A stretch of 34,999 nucleotides of DNA from Promethearchaeota archaeon (GTDB lineage: Archaea; Asgardarchaeota; Lokiarchaeia; Sigyniarchaeales; SOKP01), in assembly GCA_008080735.1 (NCBI GenBank), contig SHMW01000042.1, positions 1 through 34,999 on the forward strand. The letters run 5' to 3'. Shown one piece after another: positions 9,579 through 18,096 of this stretch. A model generated the notes under the pieces. It did no database searches. It saw nothing but the letters and a program-made list of their open reading frames with translations, and had not been told where the DNA came from. Both the position numbers and the translations under genes were made by a program. Positions within the stretch are counted from its first letter, which is position 1. Every line of letters begins with the position of its first letter.

Positions 9579-10837
9579 TTCCTATCTTTTATTTTTTCTT
9601 GATTGATTTGTATAAAATTTATGATAAATTCAGTAAAATCCAGAATTTTTATCGATGAAATATCTTCAAAATCATTTTGTAAGCATTTGAAATGTAATTC
9701 GCATTTTGGGCATGTCGACACCATAATATTACTCACCTCTTTTGCCTCTAAAAGCCGTTTATATCTTAGAGCTTTTGACCTTTCATTACAATTCATCCAG
9801 CTACTTACACCACAACATAAGGAATTCGCTTTGTTATGTTTCATCTCATTAAACTTATGTCCTACCTTTTCTAATTGATAGAATATTTCTCTAATTTTTT
9901 CCATAATATTATTTTGTTTTGGAAGAAATCTACTAAATCTACAAGGATCATGAAATGTAAATATTAATTTCTTATCTAATCCTTTTTTTAGTTTAAAAGA
10001 AATAATTCCCTCTTCCCACTTTTCATAAAGATACTCTATTATGTGTTTTATTTCGAACCTTTCATTAAAATCTTTAAATAATTTAGGATAATCAATTTTA
10101 AAAGTTCTATATCCCTCTGCGCACGATGTGATGATTGTTGAGACGCCTGCTCTCTCAAAATTATCGACATTTTTTTTAGCTAATTCTATGAATTCCTCCA
10201 CTTTCCCTTGACCCCAATATAAATCATGACCACAACAAAATTCATCCTCAAGTACAACAATAGGATCTTTTTCTATCTTGGAAATCATTTTTAGACTATT
10301 CATGGGAATAGCATCCATCTCATCGAATTCAAATTTAAAATACGGAAGACATCCCACATGGAATAATAGGTCCCCCGATTCAGAAATCTTGATTTCTTTC
10401 GGAATCCATCTTAGATCTCTCTTAGGTTGAATTTCATAGTTTGCAGAAATTTCGGAAATCATAGTATAAATGCCTTTATGAGCAATTTTTTGATCTGGGT
10501 TATTCTGATACTGATTTATCATTTGATATTTCGCAACTCTTACGAGGTCGGCAAAATTTATATCTTCGGGACAATCTTTCATACAACTATTACACATCAA
10601 ACAATCCCAAAGCACTCCACTCTCCAAAATTTTACCCTCAAAACCTTCGAGAATTTTTTGAATTATTCTACTTGGCCTAAAATCTTGGACTTTGCTTATT
10701 TGGCAAACTCCAGTACATCGAGCGCATTGATAACATCTTTTCAGTAATTCTCTTAAATCTTGTTGATGTAAACTGCGTAGATCTTCTTCATTATAATTTT
10801 CTTTTCTGTATGGTGCTTTTTTTTTTGTTTCTGTCAT
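9575..10837 (-). CDS. HdrD-like Fe-S oxidoreductase (HdrC-type 2[4Fe-4S] domain plus two CCG domains)
   Basis: CYQCARCTGVC and CLMCNSCMKDCP; CCG domains FHVGC...EFCCGH...SCAEG and FHDPC...CCG...TCPKC. Confidence 0.85.
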   Translation of the reverse strand: MTETKKKAPYRKENYNEEDLRSLHQQDLRELLKRCYQCARCTGVCQISKVQDFRPSRIIQKILEGFEGKILESGVLWDCLMCNSCMKDCPEDINFADLVRVAKYQMINQYQNNPDQKIAHKGIYTMISEISANYEIQPKRDLRWIPKEIKISESGDLLFHVGCLPYFKFEFDEMDAIPMNSLKMISKIEKDPIVVLEDEFCCGHDLYWGQGKVEEFIELAKKNVDNFERAGVSTIITSCAEGYRTFKIDYPKLFKDFNERFEIKHIIEYLYEKWEEGIISFKLKKGLDKKLIFTFHDPCRFSRFLPKQNNIMEKIREIFYQLEKVGHKFNEMKHNKANSLCCGVSSWMNCNERSKALRYKRLLEAKEVSNIMVSTCPKCELHFKCLQNDFEDISSIKILDFTEFIINFIQINQEKIKDRK

Positions 10838-11961
10838 AATTTAAGGTTAATATTTAAATTCTTCATGAACTTTTCTTTCCTTTCAATTTTCTTTTTAGAG
10901 AATGCAGAGAGGATATTTTGAATTCTGAATATCTCATCATCAGAAATCCCTCTGAGTTTAATTAGTCCCGCATCTCTTACTTTTTGGAATAATAGTTTTC
11001 CTTTCTCCGTTCTAATAATAACAGTAGTATATTTCTTGGGGGAACCTAATCCTCCAAAAGAAATATCTGCATAAATATTAGTAAAATCATCACAAGCATT
11101 ACATGCAACACGCATATAATCTTTCATGTAATTAAATGGAATATGCATTTCTTTATGTGGTTCTTGATTATCACCCATCTGGAAAATCAAATCCTCTTTC
11201 ATGTTGATTTTCTTTATCTTTTCGAATTCAATATTAAAATCCTTTTCGAATTTGTCTAATTGGGATCTATCAAAAAGGAAGTTTTCATAACAAAATAGGC
11301 CAAGACAAATCTTAACATTTTCTGATGGAGTGACTCCCAAACTTTGCATACAGCGAATACTATATATTTGACAAGGAGTTCCGACAAGAGCTAATTTATT
11401 GAATTTATAATTTTTTAATTCTGGAATTGTATGGGTGTATGTCGAAAATTTTTGAAGTTCGATCAACTGTGGAGAAATATTTAATTGAGTGCCCGAAGAA
11501 TCTATGAGCTCTTCCTTATTTTTAGCATAAATAGCTTCCCGTGAAAATGGTGCCTCGGTCTTTGAGACGATAGAACCATCGATCTCGTCGATTTCTAATA
11601 GATAATTAATAATCGTATTAACTATTCCTCCATCAGTTCCATTTTTTAAAAAGTCTTTATCATTGGATTGACATGAATAAATTTCGAGATAATTTCCTAT
11701 AGGCATTGAAGAAAAGCCTTCAAATAAATATATTTTATTTAATTCATCGTCTAGAACACGTGTTTGAGGGCAAATATAATAACAAATACCACACTCAAGG
11801 CAATCATCTTCATTTATATATACTGGAGGAGAATATGGGTCAACAAAATTTATAATATCATACTCTGCGGAACTACAAAAACTAACACAGCCTCCACATT
11901 GTTGACATATACCTCTCTCGTGTACATCTTTAATTAAATCTTCAAAAGTTTTTGTTGCCAT
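10834..11961 (-). CDS. FrhB/FdhB/FpoF-family coenzyme F420-binding subunit with an N-terminal ferredoxin
   Basis: CQQCGGCVSFC and CLECGICYYICP; GTDGGIV, VGTPCQ, LGLFCYENF, CNACDDFTNIYADISFGGLGS. Confidence 0.88.
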   Translation of the reverse strand: MATKTFEDLIKDVHERGICQQCGGCVSFCSSAEYDIINFVDPYSPPVYINEDDCLECGICYYICPQTRVLDDELNKIYLFEGFSSMPIGNYLEIYSCQSNDKDFLKNGTDGGIVNTIINYLLEIDEIDGSIVSKTEAPFSREAIYAKNKEELIDSSGTQLNISPQLIELQKFSTYTHTIPELKNYKFNKLALVGTPCQIYSIRCMQSLGVTPSENVKICLGLFCYENFLFDRSQLDKFEKDFNIEFEKIKKINMKEDLIFQMGDNQEPHKEMHIPFNYMKDYMRVACNACDDFTNIYADISFGGLGSPKKYTTVIIRTEKGKLLFQKVRDAGLIKLRGISDDEIFRIQNILSAFSKKKIERKEKFMKNLNINLKL

Positions 11962-11971
11962 AATTTTGATT

Positions 11972-13474
11972 TCATTTATTTTCGGTTAATTTAATAGGTT
12001 TACACTTATTTCTCTTTATTCCAGCTATCTTTTCTACCAAAAATCTACCTGGTTTTACCTCTGTTAAATCTTTCGATTCAATTAAACCATCTTTTATAGC
12101 GGCTTGATATAGTTCTTCTCCTTTTTCGTTTCTAGTTATTACAGAAGACCATCCTGCTTGAGAACCTATAGATCCTACTGAAATGTCGGCAAAATCTGAT
12201 GTAAGATCTTCACAAAAATGGCAAGTTTCGCGAGCATAGGCTTGTATTTCTTTTAAAGGAACATCCAATTCTTCCCCCGATTTTAGATTAATTATGAATT
12301 TACCTTTATCAATATTCATTTTCACTAGATCTTCTATATTCTTATCGAATTTTTCCTCAACTAATTTGATAATATTATCATAAGAAAAGGATTCCATACA
12401 AAACAAACCAATCTTATATTTAATGTTTGTAAAAAATGGATAGCCGCTTGGAAATAAAGATCCTTTCTCTATTGCTTTCATCATACAAGGAACACCAACT
12501 ATTGCAATGCCCTCATATTGCTTTGATTGATCTAATATTGATAATGAAGCACAGTTTGCATATTTTGTACCTGCTGTCTTGTATAAATCCTTAAGATTAT
12601 TCACAATAACCGCTTTCGGATTCCAAAGGTCCTCTGAGTGTTTCACAGCAATTATTGCATCTACTACTTTATTTTTTAATAGATATTCTAAAAGTGTGGT
12701 TACTATACCACCATCTTGACAAGACTTTTTAATTTGATCTATATTAGTTGTTCCAGAATAGGTATTTAGATATGTCCCTATTTTTTCGGAAAATGTTAAT
12801 GATTCATTTAATTGTGATTTAAATTCACTTACCCTTTCGATAGGAAAGGATCGTGGACAGACTGTGAAACACAATCCACATTTAATACATAGCTCTTCAT
12901 CGACTTTTAACTCATCTGAATTTACGACAATTGCATTTACAGGGCATATAGCGGAACACCAACCACAATTACAGCATAGACCAGAATTATATATTATGGA
13001 TACAGGTTCAAAAATTCTCTCTACAAAATCTGCGTCTAATTTGTTAGCTTTATATTTAAAAATATGTTCCTCTTGCTCGACTTCTTTTTCTACCCCCTTA
13101 ATTTTTTTTTTCACTAATTTTATTTTAACTTCATTAGACTCCTCTATGTACCCTTGTTCTTTCAAATAAATAATATCTCTAAGTAAATACATAGGGTTTA
13201 AATTTGAGAATTTTCTAACAAGATCGTCTAATTTTAGAACTTCTTTGATTTTTCTTAGATCTTGTAAAAATAATTGACGTTCAGTTTCAGCATCAATCAT
13301 CGCATCAAGGATATGATAAAATTCTTGCTCAGTATATTTGCCTATCTCTAAGATTTCTTTCTTAGCTTCAAACAACGCTCTGATTTGGAAATTCTTGGTG
13401 GCTAAATAAGTTGCCTCCAAAACATCTTTTGGGGAATAATTTTTAAATTCAGTTTTTTGTATTAATTGATCCAT
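11972..13474 (-). CDS. FrhB-family F420-binding subunit with a ferredoxin domain and a ~150-aa N-terminal helical/wHTH-like extension
   Basis: CCNCGWCSAICP, CIKCGLCFTVCP, QDGGIVT, AGTKY, VGVPCM, IGLFCMESF, CHFCEDLTSDFADISVGSIGS. Confidence 0.88.
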   Translation of the reverse strand: MDQLIQKTEFKNYSPKDVLEATYLATKNFQIRALFEAKKEILEIGKYTEQEFYHILDAMIDAETERQLFLQDLRKIKEVLKLDDLVRKFSNLNPMYLLRDIIYLKEQGYIEESNEVKIKLVKKKIKGVEKEVEQEEHIFKYKANKLDADFVERIFEPVSIIYNSGLCCNCGWCSAICPVNAIVVNSDELKVDEELCIKCGLCFTVCPRSFPIERVSEFKSQLNESLTFSEKIGTYLNTYSGTTNIDQIKKSCQDGGIVTTLLEYLLKNKVVDAIIAVKHSEDLWNPKAVIVNNLKDLYKTAGTKYANCASLSILDQSKQYEGIAIVGVPCMMKAIEKGSLFPSGYPFFTNIKYKIGLFCMESFSYDNIIKLVEEKFDKNIEDLVKMNIDKGKFIINLKSGEELDVPLKEIQAYARETCHFCEDLTSDFADISVGSIGSQAGWSSVITRNEKGEELYQAAIKDGLIESKDLTEVKPGRFLVEKIAGIKRNKCKPIKLTENK

Positions 13475-13512
13475 CTTTTTTCCTATTTAATTTCTTTTAA
13501 AAATTTTAAATT

Positions 13513-13582
13513 TCCTCCTCCCCTTGCGAGGGTGTCAACTTATAACTATTATTTTTTTATAAGCTTCATTCAATTTGGAGGA
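13513..13582 (-). ncRNA. Eukaryote-like (Lokiarchaeal) SECIS element in the mvhD(Sec) 3' UTR
   Basis: Minus strand reads AUGA-AGCUUAUAA-AAAAAUAAUAG-UUAUAAGUU-GA-C (core 13534-13569). It has an AUGA/GA tandem G.A core, a 9-bp stem with one G-U pair and an A-rich apical loop. A possible lower helix is UCCUCC (13577-13582) pairing with GGAGGA (13513-13518). It sits directly downstream of two genes with in-frame UGA codons at Cys positions. Confidence 0.82.
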
Positions 13583-14016
13583 TTCGGTGATTCTATTTCT
13601 TGTAGATTAAGTTTGATCGGGTTATGTCCTTCCATTTGAACCTTTTCAAAAGCATCTTCAACACTTTTAACAAATTTCTCTGATTCTGCTGAGCTTAACA
13701 TATACATATTTACTCGCATATCCCCGAGACCTCTTCGACTTAAAATCCTATTAGCTAGGTCCACATGTTTTTGAGCATTAAAATTTCCCGCTTTGAACTG
13801 ACATTCATGTGGGCGTCAACCCACAACCATCACACCGTCACAACCGCTTTTAATGGCGTAGAGAATATGCTTTACATCTATTCTTCCCGTGCATCTCACT
13901 TTAATAATCTTTACTGAGGGTGTATATTTCATGCGAGACACTCCCGCTAAATCCGCAGCGGAGTATCCTCATTTGAGACAAGCAAAACAGATTATATAGT
14001 AATTATTTTCTGTCAT
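13570..14016 (-). CDS. mvhD: MvhD/VhuD selenoprotein, 148 aa, Sec16 and Sec67
   Basis: Manual translation from ATG 14016: MTENNYYIICFACLK-U-GYSAADLAGVSRMKYTPSVKIIKVRCTGRIDVKHILYAIKSGCDGVMVVG-U-RPHECQFKAGNFNAQKHVDLANR...PNPPN*. The TGA codons at 13969-13971 and 13816-13818 align with CCNW-C-SY and G-C-HIGDC of the Cys paralogue at 6004-6468. A GGAGGT Shine-Dalgarno lies at 14022-14027. Confidence 0.9.
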
Positions 14017-14018
14017 TT

Positions 14019-15980
14019 TTAACCTCCAGACAAAATTCCTTCAATTTCTGCATAAATTTGATTATCTCTAAAATATCGTATATCAATTGCTTGTGTTGGA
14101 CAGCAAGTAGCGCAAATTCCTCAACCATCACAGTTGATTTCATCTACGGTTGCTTTTACACCTTCTTCTAATTTGATTGCACCCTTAGGACATTCTTTAA
14201 CACATCTATGACAGATAATACATCTGTCCTCATCTACTTCTGCAACAATTAATTCAAGATCAATTTGCCCGGCAGATGTCATTTCAGCTACCTTACTTGC
14301 TGCCGCTCTAGACTGAGAAACTGAGTAGGCAATATCTTTTGGTCCTTGAGCAAATCCTGCAATAAAGATTCCCTTTGTGTTGGTTTCTTGGGGCATTAAG
14401 CCGAAGTGAGATTCAGTCAAGAAGCCATTTTTATCTACATCCAAGTTCAACACATCGGCTATTTGCGCTGTACCTTTTGAAGGTAAGGCGGCGGTTGATA
14501 AGATAACTAAATCCGCATTAATATTGATGATTTCATCGGTCAAAGATGAATAAACTCGTAGTTTAATGTCCTTTGTATCATTGTTTTCTTCAAATTCTCC
14601 CACTTTCCCTCTTATAAGTCTTATATTTGATTCTTTCGCGTGTTGATAATATTCTTCAAATCCTTTTTCGTTGGTTCTCATATCGATGTAGCATATTGTT
14701 ATTTCTGCGTCAGGGAACTCTTCTTTTAATAATTTCGCATTTTTTAACGCAAGCATACAGCAGACTCCGCTGCAATAGGTTCTCTCTTTATCCCGACTGC
14801 CAACACACTGGATGAATACAATTTCTTTTGGTTCTTTTTCATCTGACACACGTCTCACATGACCGCCTAATGGGCCATTTGGAGCAAGCATCCGTTCCAG
14901 TTGAGCTTGGTTGATTACATTTTCAAATTTGCCATATCCATATTCATCATATGGTTCATAGATATCCCACCCAGTCGCGATGATAATCGATCCTACCTCG
15001 ATTTGTTTTTCTTCTGGAATTTGGGAAAAATCGATGGCATCGAGTTCACATTCTTCCACACAACTAAAGCACTCAACGCATGAATTTCGATCAATATCAT
15101 AAAGAAAAGGAACAGCTTGACCAAACGCTATATCTATAGCTTTTCTTGCACCCAAATATTCATCAAAATAATTTGGAATATATATGGGACATACTTCCGT
15201 ACAGGCACCACAACCATTACAATCGTCGGTTATATATCTCGGTTTCTTTTCAATGCAGATCTCGTAATTTCCAACGTAGCCCTTAACTTCTTTAACTTCT
15301 GCATAAGACATTATCTCAATATTTTCATTTCTGCTGACTTCCAACATCTTTGGACCGCAGATTCAGATCGCACAATCATCAGTAGGAAAGGTTCTGTCTA
15401 ATTGAGCCATCCGCCCACCAATCGTCGAATTCTTTTCTACGAGATACACCTTTATACCTTGATTCGCTAAATCTAATGCGGCATTCATCCCTGCTATACC
15501 AGCCCCAATAACTAATGTAGATTTTTTCACGGGAACTGTTTTAATAGGGACTGTTTCTAAAAGTCTTGCACGCTCTAAACCACTGAGTACTAATTTTTTT
15601 GCTTTCTCGGTCGCTTGGTTAGGATCATCTGTACACCAGCTACAATGCTCTCGTACGTTCACCATTTGGTAATAATAGGGATCTAACCCCGCTTTCGAAA
15701 GAGTGTCTCTATAAATGGGTTCATGGGTTACTGGTGTTCAAGCGGAAGCAACGACTCTTGTGATATTTTTTTCTTGGATATCATTCATTATTTCAGTTTG
15801 ACCACTTTCAGTGCAAAGAAAAGAATGGGTTTTGGAAACGACAACATCATCGAATTGCTTTGCAAAATTTACTAATTCTCCGCAATCTACTTTACTTTTA
15901 ATGTTTATGCCTCACTGACACGCATAGAAGGATATTCTTTCGTTTTTTTGTTCATTCCGTTGCATAATATTTTTTAACAT
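14019..15980 (-). CDS. hdrA: Heterodisulfide reductase subunit A selenoprotein, ~653 aa, four Sec (U23, U81, U206, U620 counted from ATG 15980)
   Basis: One frame joins ORF-track fragments 15363-15665 and 14121-15347. In-frame TGA codons lie at 15912-15914 (YACQ-U-GINI), 15738-15740 (VVASA-U-TPVTHEP), 15363-15365 (TFPTDDCAI-U-ICGPKM) and 14121-14123 (NCDG-U-GICATCCP). The frame ends ...EGILSGG-TAA at 14019. The length matches canonical HdrA. Alternative starts are GTG 15992 and ATG 15965. Confidence 0.9.
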
Positions 15981-15993
15981 ACTTTTTTTCACA

Positions 15994-15999
15994 TCACCT
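15994..15999 (-). promoter_or_regulatory. Shine-Dalgarno-like AGGTGA upstream of hdrA(Sec)
   Basis: Minus strand TAAGGTGATGTGAAAAAAAGTATG; archaeal GGTGA-type ribosome-binding site 13 nt before ATG 15980. Confidence 0.4.
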
Positions 16000-16329
16000 T
16001 ACTAGCAATTAAAATTTCAATTAGGATAATATATGTATAGTTTGTGATCAAATTCTATAAAAATATTTATATTCGTTTTGAGTTTTATCTATTTCTCTCC
16101 TAATTGATCTCGTTATTAACAATATTTATGAATTTGGTCTTTAAAATGTTTTCTATTTATTTAGATAGCTAAACAAGATATCATTCATGATTGGATCCGA
16201 CAGATTTTACCTAATTCAGAAAATAGAAAATGTTTAATAGTTGGAAAGGATAGTTTTTTAAATTAGGATGATCACAATTAATGATAATCAGAATTCGAAT
16301 TATCGGATCTGATAATCCTAGAAGAATTC

Positions 16330-17928
16330 ATGTCAAATATAGAATTTAATCCTATAGAGGTTTATAATAAACGGCAAGAATTAGGACTCTCAACTGCAGT
16401 TCAATTATTAATCCAGATTATAAATTCCCAAGAAGAGCTTTCCACAAGAAAAGAAGCGATTAAAATAATCGGTTCAATAGAAAAGATACCTGATAATGCT
16501 AAGGAAGTCTGTTTTCAAACATTGGAGAATGTAATAATTTCTGAAAAAACCATTGAATTAAAATGTGAAGCTGCAAGATCTATGGGAAAAATTAAATTGA
16601 AAAAGTCCCTTGAACCCTTAAAATGGATTTTGGAGAATTCTTCGGATGCACTTGATGCTGAAATGGAAAAAACGGTACTAAAAGCCATTCATAGTATCAG
16701 ATTTGAAAAACCAGAGATAGATTTATTTATAAAATACTTGGATTCCGATTATAAAGTTACCAGAGAATATGTGAGCTATGAATTATTAAACCTCCCTCCT
16801 AATGAGGCAATTAACATGCTTTTAGAATCATTTAATACTGAAATTTCTAATTCATGTAAGATTGAGGTTGTAAAATTAATAGGAAAATATATCTCGAGTC
16901 TAAATGTAAGCTATAATGATTCTAATTATCTTAAGATAAAGCATCCAGCAATTTTAGAAAGTATCTCAAGCCATAAAAAGGATTTTACTTCTTTGCTTTC
17001 TCTTATTGATAAAAAAGATAAGGAGCTAATTAAAAGGATTTTAACAATATTTCGGTTATTAGGCAATGAGATAAATTCAGAATTAATTGAATTAGTCAAA
17101 GATGAGGAGTTCATCGCGAAGGAAAATGCGATATATTTGATAGGGAAGTTAAAGATCAAGAGCGCGATGGGCTTATTATTGGAAAACATAGATAATATGT
17201 ATAGTGAAATCAGTATAGCCTCAATCAAGGCTTTAGCTGACATTGGAGATGCCTCAATTATCCCAGAATTGTTAAAGTCTCTAAATGTAGAAGATATTGA
17301 TTTCGAATATATTGATATGGATATGAAGTGGTATATCATTGACACGATTAAGCAAATTTATCTCCAAGATGAAAGTATTAGCTACGAAACTTTATTATCC
17401 CAATTAGACCACCCCAATGAAATTCTCAAAGAATCTATTGCCTATATTTTAGGAGAACTGGGTAATAAGCAGTTTGTGGAACCATTACTCGCATTATTGA
17501 AAAGAAAGGAAAATATTGATGTGAAAAAAAATGCGATCATCGCTTTAGGGAAAATTGGGGGATATGAGGCAATTGAACCATTGATAACCTATGCAGAAAA
17601 CCCAAAAGTGTATTGGTTGCTTAAAAAAATCGTGATTGACGCGGTGCTTAATATTTACAACGATAACTGGTATCAAGTTAATTCTAATGAGGAGATAAGG
17701 AGACTTCTAATAAAAAATAGAGCGCGATTGAGTGATTATCTAAAGGAACATAATAATGAATGTTATAAGATCAAACTAGGAATAATCAAATTTCTCGAAA
17801 AATTTGGTGATAAAGCTGCCATCGACGCGCTTTTTGCAAATGTAAATGATTTTCATCGAATTGTACAGATTTCTGCTCAAAACGCAATAAAATCCATCAG
17901 TGAACGATTAGAAGAACCTCAAAACTAA
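16330..17928 (+). CDS. HEAT-repeat (PBS-lyase HEAT-like) alpha-solenoid protein
   Basis: Repeated units such as EAARSMGKIK, ENAIYLIGKLK, ASIKALADIGD, ESIAYILGELGN, NAIIALGKIGG. Confidence 0.85.
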   Translation: MSNIEFNPIEVYNKRQELGLSTAVQLLIQIINSQEELSTRKEAIKIIGSIEKIPDNAKEVCFQTLENVIISEKTIELKCEAARSMGKIKLKKSLEPLKWILENSSDALDAEMEKTVLKAIHSIRFEKPEIDLFIKYLDSDYKVTREYVSYELLNLPPNEAINMLLESFNTEISNSCKIEVVKLIGKYISSLNVSYNDSNYLKIKHPAILESISSHKKDFTSLLSLIDKKDKELIKRILTIFRLLGNEINSELIELVKDEEFIAKENAIYLIGKLKIKSAMGLLLENIDNMYSEISIASIKALADIGDASIIPELLKSLNVEDIDFEYIDMDMKWYIIDTIKQIYLQDESISYETLLSQLDHPNEILKESIAYILGELGNKQFVEPLLALLKRKENIDVKKNAIIALGKIGGYEAIEPLITYAENPKVYWLLKKIVIDAVLNIYNDNWYQVNSNEEIRRLLIKNRARLSDYLKEHNNECYKIKLGIIKFLEKFGDKAAIDALFANVNDFHRIVQISAQNAIKSISERLEEPQN

Positions 17929-18096
17929 CCTTATTATTAAAATCATTAATTAAATCTTCCACTTATAAATTTTTTTTAAAATTATCAACTTAGTTAACTT
18001 TCGTTTTAATAAGCTTTTTTTTAATACGCCCATTTAAATTTAATAGATTATTAAAAGAGCATAATAATTACCAAGAATTTTAATAAAAGGATAAAT

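Noticed and set aside
13570-15980. Interpreting the fragmented hdrA/mvhD ORFs as pseudogenes
   Set aside because: All six internal stops are TGA at conserved Cys positions, there are no frameshifts, the lengths are canonical and a SECIS-like hairpin follows.
16042-16060. Rex-like operator (TTGTGA...) upstream of hdrA
   Set aside because: The second half-site (TCTATA) matches TCACAA poorly, so the site is not supportable.
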